Shown here piece by piece: positions 17,288 through 25,892 of a stretch of 32,000 nucleotides of DNA (within the stretch, counting starts at the first letter, position 1; every line of letters begins with the position of its first letter). This DNA is from Nostoc sp. PCC 7120 = FACHB-418 (GTDB taxonomy: Bacteria; Cyanobacteriota; Cyanobacteriia; Cyanobacteriales; Nostocaceae): positions 2,130,001 to 2,162,000 of the forward strand of contig NC_003272.1 in the NCBI RefSeq assembly GCF_000009705.1. Direction: 5' to 3'. The notes below the pieces were generated by a model. The model did not search any database. It was not told the DNA's origin and saw only the letters and a program-made list of their open reading frames with translations. The translations under genes and the position numbers were made by a program.

Positions 17288-20200
17288 ATGAAAACAGCCA
17301 CCGAATTACAAGCTCGACTGGAATATTACTACCAGCAAATCAAAACCGTGATTATGATACGTCAAAATCCCATCACTGGTTTGTTACCTGCGAGTACAGC
17401 AATTACTGCCCACGGTGATTATACAGATGCTTGGGTCAGAGATAATGTTTACAGCATTTTGGCAGTTTGGGGTTTAGCGCTGGCGTACCGTAAGGTGGAT
17501 GAAGACCAAGGGCGTACCTATGAATTAGAACACAGCGTCATTAAGTTAATGCGTGGGTTGCTGTTTGCGATGATGCGACAGGCGCACAAGGTAGAACAAT
17601 TTAAACAAACTCAGTCACCTTTGGATGGGTTACACGCCAAATACAACACCGCTACTGGTGATATTGTCGTAGGTGATGATGAATGGGGACATTTGCAATT
17701 AGATGCCACATCTATATTTTTATTGATGCTGGCACAGATGACTGCTTCCGGATTGCAGATAATTTACACCATTGATGAAGTCAACTTTGTCCAAAATTTA
17801 GTTTATTACATCGGCCGAGCTTACCGCACACCAGATTATGGTATTTGGGAACGGGGTAATAAAATTAATCATGGCAATGCTGAGTTAAACGCCAGTTCTG
17901 TAGGTATGGCAAAAGCTGCCTTAGAAGCGATGAACGAACTGGATTTGTTTGGTGTGCGGGGTAGTCAAGCATCAGTAATTCATGTGCTACCCGATGAAAT
18001 CGCTCGCACTCGCAGCACTCTAGAATCCTTATTACCTAGAGAATCTGCTTCTAAAGAAATTGATGCAGCTTTGTTAAGTATTATTAGCTATCCAGCGTTT
18101 GCGGTAGAAGATGCACAATTGAGAGAACGCACCCTCAACGAGATTATCAACAAACTCCAAGGCAAATACGGCTGCAAACGCTTTTTACGTGATGGACACC
18201 AAACCGTTTTAGAAGACACCCAACGTCTGCACTACGAACCTTGGGAACTAAAACAGTTTGAGCATATAGAATGCGAATGGCCATTATTTTTTACTTATTT
18301 AGCCCTTGATGGGTTATTTTGTGATGATTCAAAACAAGCGCAATTTTATCAAGAGCAGTTAGAAAAGTTACTCATTGAGCGTGATGGCGTATCGGCCAAC
18401 ATAGGTCATAGCTTACGTTTATTACCAGAATTGTATTATGTTCCCGCCGAAAATGTGGAAGCGGAAAAGTTAGCCCCCCAAACTCAACCCCGTTTACCAA
18501 ATGAAAATGTACCTTTAGTTTGGGCGCAGAGTTTGTATTATCTTGGTCAAATGTTGAGTGAGGGGTTACTAGCCGTTGGTGATGTTGACCCCTTAGGCAG
18601 ACACTTAACTATAGGTAAAAAACGCGAAGCTTTAGTGCAGATTGTCTTGTTAGCAGAAGATGAAGACTTACAAGCACAACTAGCAGTTCACGGTATTGAA
18701 ACGCAAACACCAAAGCAAGTAGCACCAATTCAAGTTAGACAAGCTAGTGAACTATCAACTATTTATACCCAAATTGGGCGTAACGATAAACTTGGTTTAA
18801 CAGGTCGTCCAGTGCGGCGGCTGAGAAGTTTGACTACATCAAGAGTTTTTCGTCTCCGGGGTGAGACAATTGTTTTTTTACCTTCATTTTTAGATTCTCA
18901 GCAGTTTTACTTAACCCTTGATTACCATTTTTTGGTAGACCAGATAAGAAGTGAACTTGCATACATCCAAAAGTATTGGAGCGATTTAGGTCGTCCCATA
19001 TTAACTTTAATGTTGACTCACACCATGCTGGAAACTGGTTCTCAAGCATTACTAGAACTCATGCAGGAATTGAAAGATGGTGTATGTAATGGTGTGGCAG
19101 TAAAATTAGGGCGACTGAATCAATTGATGCTGACAGGGGCAATCCAAAGAATTGATTTCCTGCAAGATGTGGAATTTTACCAGTCAGCAGTGCAAGATGC
19201 TGGCAAACGTTGTTATTACTTGGCTTATCATCCTGGGAAAAACTGGCGTTTGGGACATAGCCAAGAATTTCAGGTGGAATACGAAACTAACTTGGATTTT
19301 CTGCTGTCATCCTTGCGTGCATCAGAAAATTTATATGAGCAAATTGAATTATTGCAGACTTTGACTCGATTGCAGGGGTTGGAGTTTGATACAGGGTTTG
19401 GGACAAATCAACGAGTTACTGTAGCCGATTTACTGGATGAAGTTTACACCAAAGCTGGGGAGTTGGGTTTTTGGGCAGTGGTGCGGCGGGCGGCTGGTTT
19501 GCGGCAAATGGTGGATATTGGACTAACGGATGCAGTGACAAGTATTTTGATTAGAGGTAAGCAAATAGCTGTAGGTAGGGCTTACAGTGAAGCGTCATTG
19601 ATTTCCGTACCGATGCCTCACAATGAAATTGCTGATAAAATCAATCACTTCTGTCGTGAGGATATCCGCGATCGCGTGCTGACGCAAGAAGTCCTGATCT
19701 ATCTGGGTATCCTCATCAGATCACAAACCGAATCATTTCAAGGACTACTCACCCTGAGAGTTGGGTATCTCATCCTCTTAATTACCAGCGAACTCGCCCA
19801 AGAGTTAAAAGTTACCCAAGATGAAGCCTACGAACGCTTGATGGAACTGCCACCATTTGAAGTTAAGACACGATTACAGCAGGTATTAACAGCTTATCCA
19901 GGGATGAGTCAACTATTGCGCCAGCAGGAATCATTGCACGTCAAGCAAAAGGTAACTGATATTGACTGGGTGATCTTACCTGCTATTAGCGAAGAAATGG
20001 AAGTTCCTATCGGTGGTTGGCGACGCTTCCGCCAAGCCGAGGGTGCATTAAACCGCGTCCCGAAAAATTTCTTTCAGCAAGTTTGGCTAATCATGCAGCA
20101 TTGCAAAGGGTTGGTCATTGGCGATAAATTAGAGCGACGCAATCGTTTAGATAGTGATGTAATTCTGTCAGAAATGACTGCCGGTGAAAAGAATTTTGCC

Positions 20201-20509
20201 CTACGCATCGAGCATTTGCTAAATAAAATCGAAGCGCCAGAATATCGCCAAGTTAATATTGAAGCATTAATGGAACTAGCTGCGATCGCCTCTAGAAACC
20301 CCAACCTACAAATCGAAGAATACATAGTACTAGATGTACTCATTGGCCACGCCGTACGCTTGGCTTGGTTAGAACAACATCCAGAACGCGGCGATCGCTA
20401 TGATGAGGATAAGGCTTCAGCGTGGCGATCGTTTTACAATACTTCCCCTAAAGAATGCGCTACCTATATCCTCGAAGCCTTCAAGTTCTTGACTGAGTTT
20501 GTGAAATAA
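17288..20509 (+). CDS. Phosphorylase-kinase alpha/beta-subunit-like protein with an N-terminal glucoamylase-like (GH15) domain, 1073 aa
   Basis: DAWVRDNVYSILAVWGLALAY, WGHLQLDATSIFLLMLAQM, YRTPDYGIWERGNKINHGNAELNASSVGMAKAALEAMNELDLFG, LLPRESASKEIDAALLSIISYPAFAVED, LQGKYGCKRFLRDGHQT and EHIECEWPLFFTYLALDG closely track the conserved blocks of metazoan PHKA/PHKB as I remember them. The length is also PhK-like. Confidence 0.8.
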   Translation: MKTATELQARLEYYYQQIKTVIMIRQNPITGLLPASTAITAHGDYTDAWVRDNVYSILAVWGLALAYRKVDEDQGRTYELEHSVIKLMRGLLFAMMRQAHKVEQFKQTQSPLDGLHAKYNTATGDIVVGDDEWGHLQLDATSIFLLMLAQMTASGLQIIYTIDEVNFVQNLVYYIGRAYRTPDYGIWERGNKINHGNAELNASSVGMAKAALEAMNELDLFGVRGSQASVIHVLPDEIARTRSTLESLLPRESASKEIDAALLSIISYPAFAVEDAQLRERTLNEIINKLQGKYGCKRFLRDGHQTVLEDTQRLHYEPWELKQFEHIECEWPLFFTYLALDGLFCDDSKQAQFYQEQLEKLLIERDGVSANIGHSLRLLPELYYVPAENVEAEKLAPQTQPRLPNENVPLVWAQSLYYLGQMLSEGLLAVGDVDPLGRHLTIGKKREALVQIVLLAEDEDLQAQLAVHGIETQTPKQVAPIQVRQASELSTIYTQIGRNDKLGLTGRPVRRLRSLTTSRVFRLRGETIVFLPSFLDSQQFYLTLDYHFLVDQIRSELAYIQKYWSDLGRPILTLMLTHTMLETGSQALLELMQELKDGVCNGVAVKLGRLNQLMLTGAIQRIDFLQDVEFYQSAVQDAGKRCYYLAYHPGKNWRLGHSQEFQVEYETNLDFLLSSLRASENLYEQIELLQTLTRLQGLEFDTGFGTNQRVTVADLLDEVYTKAGELGFWAVVRRAAGLRQMVDIGLTDAVTSILIRGKQIAVGRAYSEASLISVPMPHNEIADKINHFCREDIRDRVLTQEVLIYLGILIRSQTESFQGLLTLRVGYLILLITSELAQELKVTQDEAYERLMELPPFEVKTRLQQVLTAYPGMSQLLRQQESLHVKQKVTDIDWVILPAISEEMEVPIGGWRRFRQAEGALNRVPKNFFQQVWLIMQHCKGLVIGDKLERRNRLDSDVILSEMTAGEKNFALRIEHLLNKIEAPEYRQVNIEALMELAAIASRNPNLQIEEYIVLDVLIGHAVRLAWLEQHPERGDRYDEDKASAWRSFYNTSPKECATYILEAFKFLTEFVK

Positions 20510-20510
20510 A

Positions 20511-20543
20511 GGTAAGGGTGTAGGGGGGTAAGGGTATAAGGGC
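20511..20543. repeat. G-rich dispersed repeat copy (left of exoD)
   Basis: ggtaagggtgtaggggggtaagggtataagggc. This is the inverted counterpart of 21432-21456. Confidence 0.6.
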
Positions 20544-20635
20544 AATAAATTCAAAATTAATAAATCTTGCCTCCTTTCTGCTAACTCAGCATGGGCTGAA
20601 CGACCGCCTGCTGCACTTCAGCACCCCCCATTTTC

Positions 20636-21259
20636 TCATCTTCCTAACCAAGTCTTGATGATATCTAAAAGACTGGAACCGCCCCAAGCTAAGGCCATGA
20701 GAATGGAAGTAGTTAAAATCGCGCCCATTATACAGAGAACTAAGCCACCTAAACTAATTGCACCATCATCTTCTAATAAACCAAAACCAGTCACGAAAAT
20801 ACCCATTGCTGGCAAAGTGTTAGTTCCAGGGATGGGAATCATCATAGAAATTGCCATTAAGGCGATCGCAATCCCAATTGTTACTCTACCTGCTAGAGTA
20901 GTACAGATATAAGATAAACGGGGACGAGCGATCGCTTCAATTCTTTTTAACCAAGGAATTCCCGCCTTCAAGAACTTCTGGACTGTTTGCAGTTCAATTG
21001 GGTGATTCATCATTTTTTGTGGTAACCAAGGGCTTTTGGCACCAGCGATGAGCTGAATGGCTAATAGAAAAATTAGGACACCAAATGGTGTTGAATAACC
21101 AGGTGCAGGAACAGGTAAAGCTGATGGTAGAGACAAGATTACCAGCAAAAAGCCAAAAATCCTTTCTCCAGCCAGCAGCAGAATATCTGCTAAAGTTACT
21201 TTTTCTGGTCTTTCTTCTTCAAAAAAGTGGCGTTGTAATTCGTTAGATAGCCTAGCCAT
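20636..21259 (-). CDS. exoD: Exopolysaccharide synthesis ExoD-family membrane protein
   Basis: 207 aa. VTLADILLLAGERIFGFLLVILSLPSALPVPAPGYSTPFGVLIFLLAIQLIAG..PWLP is the ExoD family pattern, with several further TM helices downstream. Confidence 0.8.
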   Translation of the reverse strand: MARLSNELQRHFFEEERPEKVTLADILLLAGERIFGFLLVILSLPSALPVPAPGYSTPFGVLIFLLAIQLIAGAKSPWLPQKMMNHPIELQTVQKFLKAGIPWLKRIEAIARPRLSYICTTLAGRVTIGIAIALMAISMMIPIPGTNTLPAMGIFVTGFGLLEDDGAISLGGLVLCIMGAILTTSILMALAWGGSSLLDIIKTWLGR

Positions 21260-21431
21260 AGATAGTTAAATGTTTCCTTCTCTAAATCTGGAACAATCAA
21301 TAAGTAGATTTTTATCTCTAATTTCTGTTGTCCAAGCACTGCCTGTGACAACTCAGAACTGCACACTAAACCAATAAAAGCTTAATTCTAATTTATTATC
21401 GACTTAAAGTAGTGCAATTTTTTTAGTCAAT

Positions 21432-21456
21432 CCTTATACCCTTACACCCTCTACCC
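21432..21456. repeat. G-rich dispersed repeat copy, inverted (right of exoD)
   Basis: ccttatacccttacaccctctaccc. Its reverse complement gggtagagggtgtaagggtataagg matches the 20511-20543 family. Confidence 0.6.
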
Positions 21457-21562
21457 GTGTTTTCAGGGCAAAGTAATCAACAACCTACACTTATCGGTTC
21501 CCCACTCCCCACCCTCAGGACTGATAGATTAGTTGAGTGAGGGAACACAACAGGAGAGCAAA

Positions 21563-23074
21563 ATGACAGAAGGGTCACAACAAAAACGCGTGATAGTTGT
21601 AGGTGCTGGTTGGGCTGGCTTAGGTGCTACCTACCAACTAGCAAAACAGGGTTATGATGTAACACTTCTGGAAGCAGGCCCCTACCCTGGTGGACTGGTG
21701 GCTGGTTGGCAAACCACAGAGGGTAAATCTGTAGAAGCTGGGATTCATGGCTTCTGGTATCCTTACAGAAATATATTTGCTCTCATTAATGAATTAAACA
21801 TTCATCCCTTCACTACCTGGACTCGTTCCGCCCAATATTCCCCTGCGGGTTTGGAGGTAGAATCACCAATTTTTCAAGATTTGCCCAGACTCCCCACACC
21901 TTTAGGTACTTTTGTTTATACTCAATTTCAACGTCTGCCCTTAATTGACCGCCTCAGCGCCTTACCTTTACTGTATGCAGTGGTTGACTTTGATAATTCT
22001 GATGCGGCTTGGCGACGTTATGACAGCGTAACCGCAAGGGAATTATTCAAAGATTTTGGGGTTTCGGCAAGACTGTACAAAGAAGCTTTTGAGCCAATGT
22101 TATTGGTGGGTTTATTTGCCCCTGGGGAACAATGTTCAGCCGCCGCTACATTGGGGATGCTTTACTTTTTCATTTTGGCTCACCAAGCTGATTTTGATGT
22201 AGTTTGGTGTCGGGGAACTGTGGGGGAAAAAATATTTCGTCCTTGGGTGGAACGTATAGAAAAAGCTGGGGCAAAGGTGCTACCCAAACATCGAGTTACC
22301 GATTTAATTATTGATAGTAATAATCAAGCAACAGGCGTAGTTTGTGGAAATGAAGTATTTGAGGCTGATGCGGTGATTTTTGCCGTTGGTATTACTGGGA
22401 TGAAAAAAATCGTTTCTAGTAGCCCTAGTTTACAAAGTCGAGCCGAATTTCGTAATTTAAACAATTTAGGGGCAATCGATGTTTTAGCAACCAGACTTTG
22501 GTTTGACCGCAAAATTGATATTCCCCGCCCCTCTAATGCTTGTTTTGGTTTCGATAATACTACAGGTTGGACATTCTTTGATTTGAATGCCTTACATGAT
22601 GAATATAAAAATGAGGCAGGAACGGTAATTGAAGCTGATTTTTATCATGCTAATCAGTTTCTCAATTGGAGTGATGAGGAAATTGTTGCCACAGTTCAAA
22701 GTTATTTAACAACCTGTGTCCCAGGATTTGGAGAAGCAAAAGTAATTGATAGCAGTGTAATTCGCCTACCCCAGGCAGTGACTCACTTTGCCCCTGGTAG
22801 CTATCCCTATATGTTACCTGCCAAGACTAGTTTCGATAATGTCTTTATGAGTGGTGATTGGATTGTCAATCGCCACGGTTCTTGGTCACAAGAAAAAGCT
22901 TATGTTACAGGTTTGGAAGCGGCTAATTTAGTAATGTCACATTTGGGAGAAGGTACACCTGTTGAGATTTTACCAGTAGAAGCAGATGAAGCCCATATTC
23001 AAGTGGCGCGATCGCTCAACCAAACCGTACGTAAAGTAGGTCAATCCATCCTGCCTAACTTTTGGTTGCCCTAG
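21563..23074 (+). CDS. FAD-dependent oxidoreductase, phytoene-desaturase/amine-oxidase superfamily
   Basis: Rossmann motif VIVVGAGWAGLGATYQLAKQGYDVTLLEAG and the PDS-like block GIHGFWYPYRNIFALINELNI. I prefer the ATG at 21563 (preceded by AGGAGAG at 21552-21558) over the track's TTG at 21533. Confidence 0.8.
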   Translation: MTEGSQQKRVIVVGAGWAGLGATYQLAKQGYDVTLLEAGPYPGGLVAGWQTTEGKSVEAGIHGFWYPYRNIFALINELNIHPFTTWTRSAQYSPAGLEVESPIFQDLPRLPTPLGTFVYTQFQRLPLIDRLSALPLLYAVVDFDNSDAAWRRYDSVTARELFKDFGVSARLYKEAFEPMLLVGLFAPGEQCSAAATLGMLYFFILAHQADFDVVWCRGTVGEKIFRPWVERIEKAGAKVLPKHRVTDLIIDSNNQATGVVCGNEVFEADAVIFAVGITGMKKIVSSSPSLQSRAEFRNLNNLGAIDVLATRLWFDRKIDIPRPSNACFGFDNTTGWTFFDLNALHDEYKNEAGTVIEADFYHANQFLNWSDEEIVATVQSYLTTCVPGFGEAKVIDSSVIRLPQAVTHFAPGSYPYMLPAKTSFDNVFMSGDWIVNRHGSWSQEKAYVTGLEAANLVMSHLGEGTPVEILPVEADEAHIQVARSLNQTVRKVGQSILPNFWLP

Positions 23075-23217
23075 TAGCGCAGCAAGCTTAATTTTTTGTT
23101 GAGATATAGCTGTCGCCAGTAGTGTTAGGACATCAATATATGATACGACCTAGCCACAAAAAGACCTTTCACCCAGTCCCCAATCCCCAGATAATCGAGA
23201 GAGCATATTTCACCCGG

Positions 23218-23238
23218 AAAAAAACCCCCTTTTGGGGG
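23218..23238 (-). terminator. Candidate rho-independent terminator (reverse strand)
   Basis: The reverse strand reads CCCCC-AAAA-GGGGG followed by TTTTTTT (+ strand aaaaaaa ccccc tttt ggggg). Confidence 0.5.
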
Positions 23239-23294
23239 ATAGGGTAATAGACGTTTGTTTGTAGTAGAATCAGTACTGTATAGTTAATTCGTCT

Positions 23295-23328
23295 ACGATC
23301 ACGGTAATCACTGTGGTCGTTTTTTTTA
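23295..23328 (+). terminator. Candidate rho-independent terminator (forward strand)
   Basis: ACGAUCACGGU-AAUC-ACUGUGGUCGU forms an 11-bp stem (two G-U pairs) followed by about 8 T. It lies ~220 nt after the flavoprotein gene stop. Confidence 0.6.
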
Positions 23329-23520
23329 TTTTAAGTTGTGAGACCAGGAAACGGGGTGAGGGGTCACAACTCCCACCACGAAGTACACCAAAAATGTTTA
23401 ACCAATTTCAGTATTGACTCCTGAGTAACTACCACTCTTCTATGGCTCTCGTTAAATAAAAATTCAGACCCCTTGATTTTTAAGGCTTTGGTAAATTTAG
23501 GAGTAGGTTGGATTAAGGGA

Positions 23521-23600
23521 CGTAGGCGCAGCCTTCTCGTAGAGTAACCCAACACGAAAAATCCTTGGTTTTGTTGGGTTTCACGTTGTTCAACCCAACC
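23521..23600. repeat. Nostoc-type repeat block (AACCCAAC / GTTGGGTT hairpins)
   Basis: aacccaacac (23547-23556), ttgttgggtt (23571-23580) and aacccaacc (23592-23600), next to cgtaggcgcagccttctcgtagag. These repeats generate the LGWVEQRETQQ...LRLRPLIQPT segment of the 87-aa reverse-strand ORF. Confidence 0.55.
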
Positions 23601-23841
23601 TAAATTTTTTTCTTTCATCAGAGTCATAAAATAGCACTACTCAAGTTGCACCCACCGGAGACTATCCGCCTCCGGCTCGGCTTATTACTCATTTAGGCAT
23701 CATGTAAAAATAACTTGAACGATTTACCGAATAGTTAGATCATCAGAATGTAACCGAATTAAAGGCTTAGATCATTGGTGAAAGGTTAAGATAAAGCGCT
23801 TTTTGTCAATCAGTTAAAATACTCAAAACATCCTTAGTAAG

Positions 23842-23915
23842 AATGATAATCGTGTGAGGAGGAGGGGGAGGAAGCGAGCGACGCTCGCTTCCTCCCCCTA
23901 TTTTTGATTATCATT
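23842..23915. repeat. 74-nt near-perfect palindrome (long GC-rich hairpin with AT-rich outer arms)
   Basis: The core arm AGGGGGAGGAAGCGAGCG (23863-23880) is the exact reverse complement of CGCTCGCTTCCTCCCCCT (23882-23899). The outer arms are AATGATAATC (23842-23851) and GATTATCATT (23906-23915). On the + strand the core is followed by ATTTTTG. Confidence 0.85.
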
Positions 23916-24039
23916 ATCTTAAAAGTCTTTAATAGCTTAAACAGCAGATAAAAAAGTATTGTAACGACGTAAACAGTGGACAACATTGTTAGGTAAATTC
24001 AATTATCAAACGAGGTAATGGAAAGTTTGCTTTACTACT

Positions 24040-24887
24040 ATGTCCAAGCGACCAAAAGTCAACTCTGACCATGCACAGCGACATCACACTCCCACGATAG
24101 ATAATGAAGCCCTAGCTAATCACTTAAAAGCTTTATTAACTCCAGCAGTTTTTGCTCAACAAAAATATTATAAGCAGTTAGGATTACGAGATAGAATTCT
24201 GAATTTATCATTAATGGTAGCAGCAGTCTTAACACTGTTATGGCGGCAAGTTCCTGGTGTTCAAGAGTTAAATCGTCTCCTAGCAAGAGAGGGTTTATTA
24301 TGGTGTCATCCCACAAAAGTTGCTCAACAATCATTATCAGAAAGATTTTTAGTTATGACCATTCGGTTAAAGACCGATTGATTCAACTGGGTACTGTTCG
24401 TCGTGGCGCACCCGTTCTAACTTTACGTTTAATTGAACTCAAGGTTGGTAAAACTAGTTATTCTTATATTACTTCTGTCCTCGATCCGCAAATATTACCT
24501 CCCTATGTCGTTGCTGACTTATATCGGAGAAGATGGAGAATTGAAGAAGCTTTTTATGTGGTTAAACGTTTATTGGGACTGTCGTATTTATGGACTGGTT
24601 CTATTAATGGTGTGAAGTTACAAGTGTGGGCAACTTGGCTCTTTTATGCAGTATTAGTTGACTTGGGAGATGCGGTAGCTGATGAATTAGCTTTACCATT
24701 TGACCGCATTTCTTTGGAGATGATTTTTCGAGGTTTGTACCATTTCAGCGTTGCCTACGATAAAGGTAACGCTGATGACCCCATTAAGTACTTTGCTGCA
24801 AAAGAGAATCAAGATTTAGGAGTTGTCAAAGCCCTGCGAAAAACAGTCTCCAACCTGGATTTATCCCCTTTTCCCGCACCCTCTTGA
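24040..24887 (+). pseudogene. Internally deleted, frameshifted IS4-family (DDE) transposase relic
   Basis: The N-terminal ~105 aa (MSKRPK...LLWRQVPGVQELNRLLAREGLLW...LSERFL) are in one frame. The C-terminal ~170 aa (RLIQLGTVRRGAPVLTLRLIELKVGKTSYSYITSVLDP..LPPYVVADLYRRRWRIEEAFYVVKRLLGLSYLW...) are in another. They join near 24345-24365, and the central region that should carry the first two catalytic Asp residues is missing. Confidence 0.75.
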
Positions 24888-24989
24888 CAAATGTGCAATC
24901 ACTCTAACCTCTCACCGATGCTTTTCCTCTGCCTAGAGTGACAAATGAGGGTTAAGGAGGTTAGGCAGGAGTGGGGACTGAACCATGAT

Positions 24990-25010
24990 AACTGTCAACT
25001 GTCAACTGTC
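24990..25010. repeat. Heptanucleotide tandem repeat, 3 copies (STRR-like)
   Basis: aactgtc at 24990-24996, 24997-25003 and 25004-25010. Confidence 0.85.
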
Positions 25011-25110
25011 ACCTCAATCAAGCTTTTGGGACAAAAGAAATAAAATATACCCCGTAATGGTGTAGAAATGTATAGAATCTTGTAAAGATATAAAATACAG
25101 TCTTTTTAAG

Positions 25111-25830
25111 ATGCAAACATTTCCCGCTTATTCCTCAATGCAGCTGTCCTTATCACCAACTCAATGTCAGCCTTTGAAGATTATCGCACTGGGGGATAGT
25201 TTAGTATATGGCTTTGGCGACCCAGATAAGGGGGGCTGGGTGGAGCAGTTGCGGCGCTGGTGGATGCTGCCTGATAGCTCTGGTCATGTGCTGTACAATT
25301 TGGGAGTTAGAGGCGATCGCACTCAGCAAGTAGCACAAAGGTTAGAGGTAGAATTTCGGCATCGTGGCGAATTGCGAAATCGTGTCCCTGACTTAATTAT
25401 TCTCTCTGTCGGCGTTAACGATTCAGCGCGGTTAACGCGTCTGAATGGACGTAACTGTACAGATTTTGCTTTATTTGAATCGGAAATCGCTTCCTTACTC
25501 GACCAAGCGCAGCAGCTTTGTCCTGTGCTATTCGTGGGGATGGTTCCAGTAGATGAAGCCAAAATGCCTTTTTTAAATTGCTTTTATTTTAATCATGCCG
25601 ATCAATATCGCTACAAAGAAGCAACTCGCATTGCTTGCAATCAACGGCAAATTCCCTATTTAGATATTTTCGACCAATGGATGGCACGGGGGGACGCTTG
25701 GCGCAACAAACGTTTAACTGAAGATGGTCTGCATCCCAATACCCTGGGTTATCAATCTCTATTGGAAGATGTGATTCACTGGGAACATTTAGCCGGCTAT
25801 CATACCCGACCGGACTATCAGCTCAAGTGA
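25111..25830 (+). CDS. SGNH/GDSL-family hydrolase (lipase/esterase-like)
   Basis: Block I is IIALGDSLVYGFGD, block III is LSVGVNDS, and block V is the DGLHPN motif. Confidence 0.8.
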   Translation: MQTFPAYSSMQLSLSPTQCQPLKIIALGDSLVYGFGDPDKGGWVEQLRRWWMLPDSSGHVLYNLGVRGDRTQQVAQRLEVEFRHRGELRNRVPDLIILSVGVNDSARLTRLNGRNCTDFALFESEIASLLDQAQQLCPVLFVGMVPVDEAKMPFLNCFYFNHADQYRYKEATRIACNQRQIPYLDIFDQWMARGDAWRNKRLTEDGLHPNTLGYQSLLEDVIHWEHLAGYHTRPDYQLK

Positions 25831-25892
25831 TGGGATTGAGGAAATAACTAATGTCAATTTTCTCCAGATAAAAAATATTCGCCTATCATAGG

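Noticed and set aside
21533-21592. Apparent N-terminal peptide duplication MSEGTQQESK / MTEGSQQKR in the flavoprotein ORF
   Set aside because: The first copy depends on a TTG start. The second begins at an ATG with a good AGGAGAG RBS, so the upstream copy is probably an untranslated duplicated leader.
18834-22512. Embedded ORFs 18834..19049 (-), 19152..19364 (+), 20074..20343 (-), 20655..20912 (+) and 22324..22512 (-)
   Set aside because: They are shadow ORFs inside the PhK-like, exoD and flavoprotein genes.
23364-23627. 87-aa reverse-strand ORF as a protein-coding gene
   Set aside because: Much of it (LGWVEQRETQQNQGFFVLGYSTRRLRLRPLIQPT) is the translation of Nostoc-type hairpin repeats (AACCCAAC/GTTGGGTT and CTACGAGAAGGCTGCGCCTACG). 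It has no RBS. The region may be transcribed, but I do not accept the CDS.
24116-24615. ORFs 24116..24334 (-) and 24433..24615 (+), and the idea of a programmed -1 frameshift fusing 24040..24381 with 24240..24887
   Set aside because: The small ORFs are shadows within the transposase relic. A frameshift fusion would give only ~280 aa without the first two catalytic Asp regions of an IS4 DDE transposase, so internal deletion explains the data better.
24990-25010. Tandem heptamers, and other short repeats in the window, as a possible CRISPR array
   Set aside because: There are only 3 contiguous 7-nt units with no spacers. No array of 25-40-nt repeats with unique spacers, and no cas genes, occur anywhere in the window.
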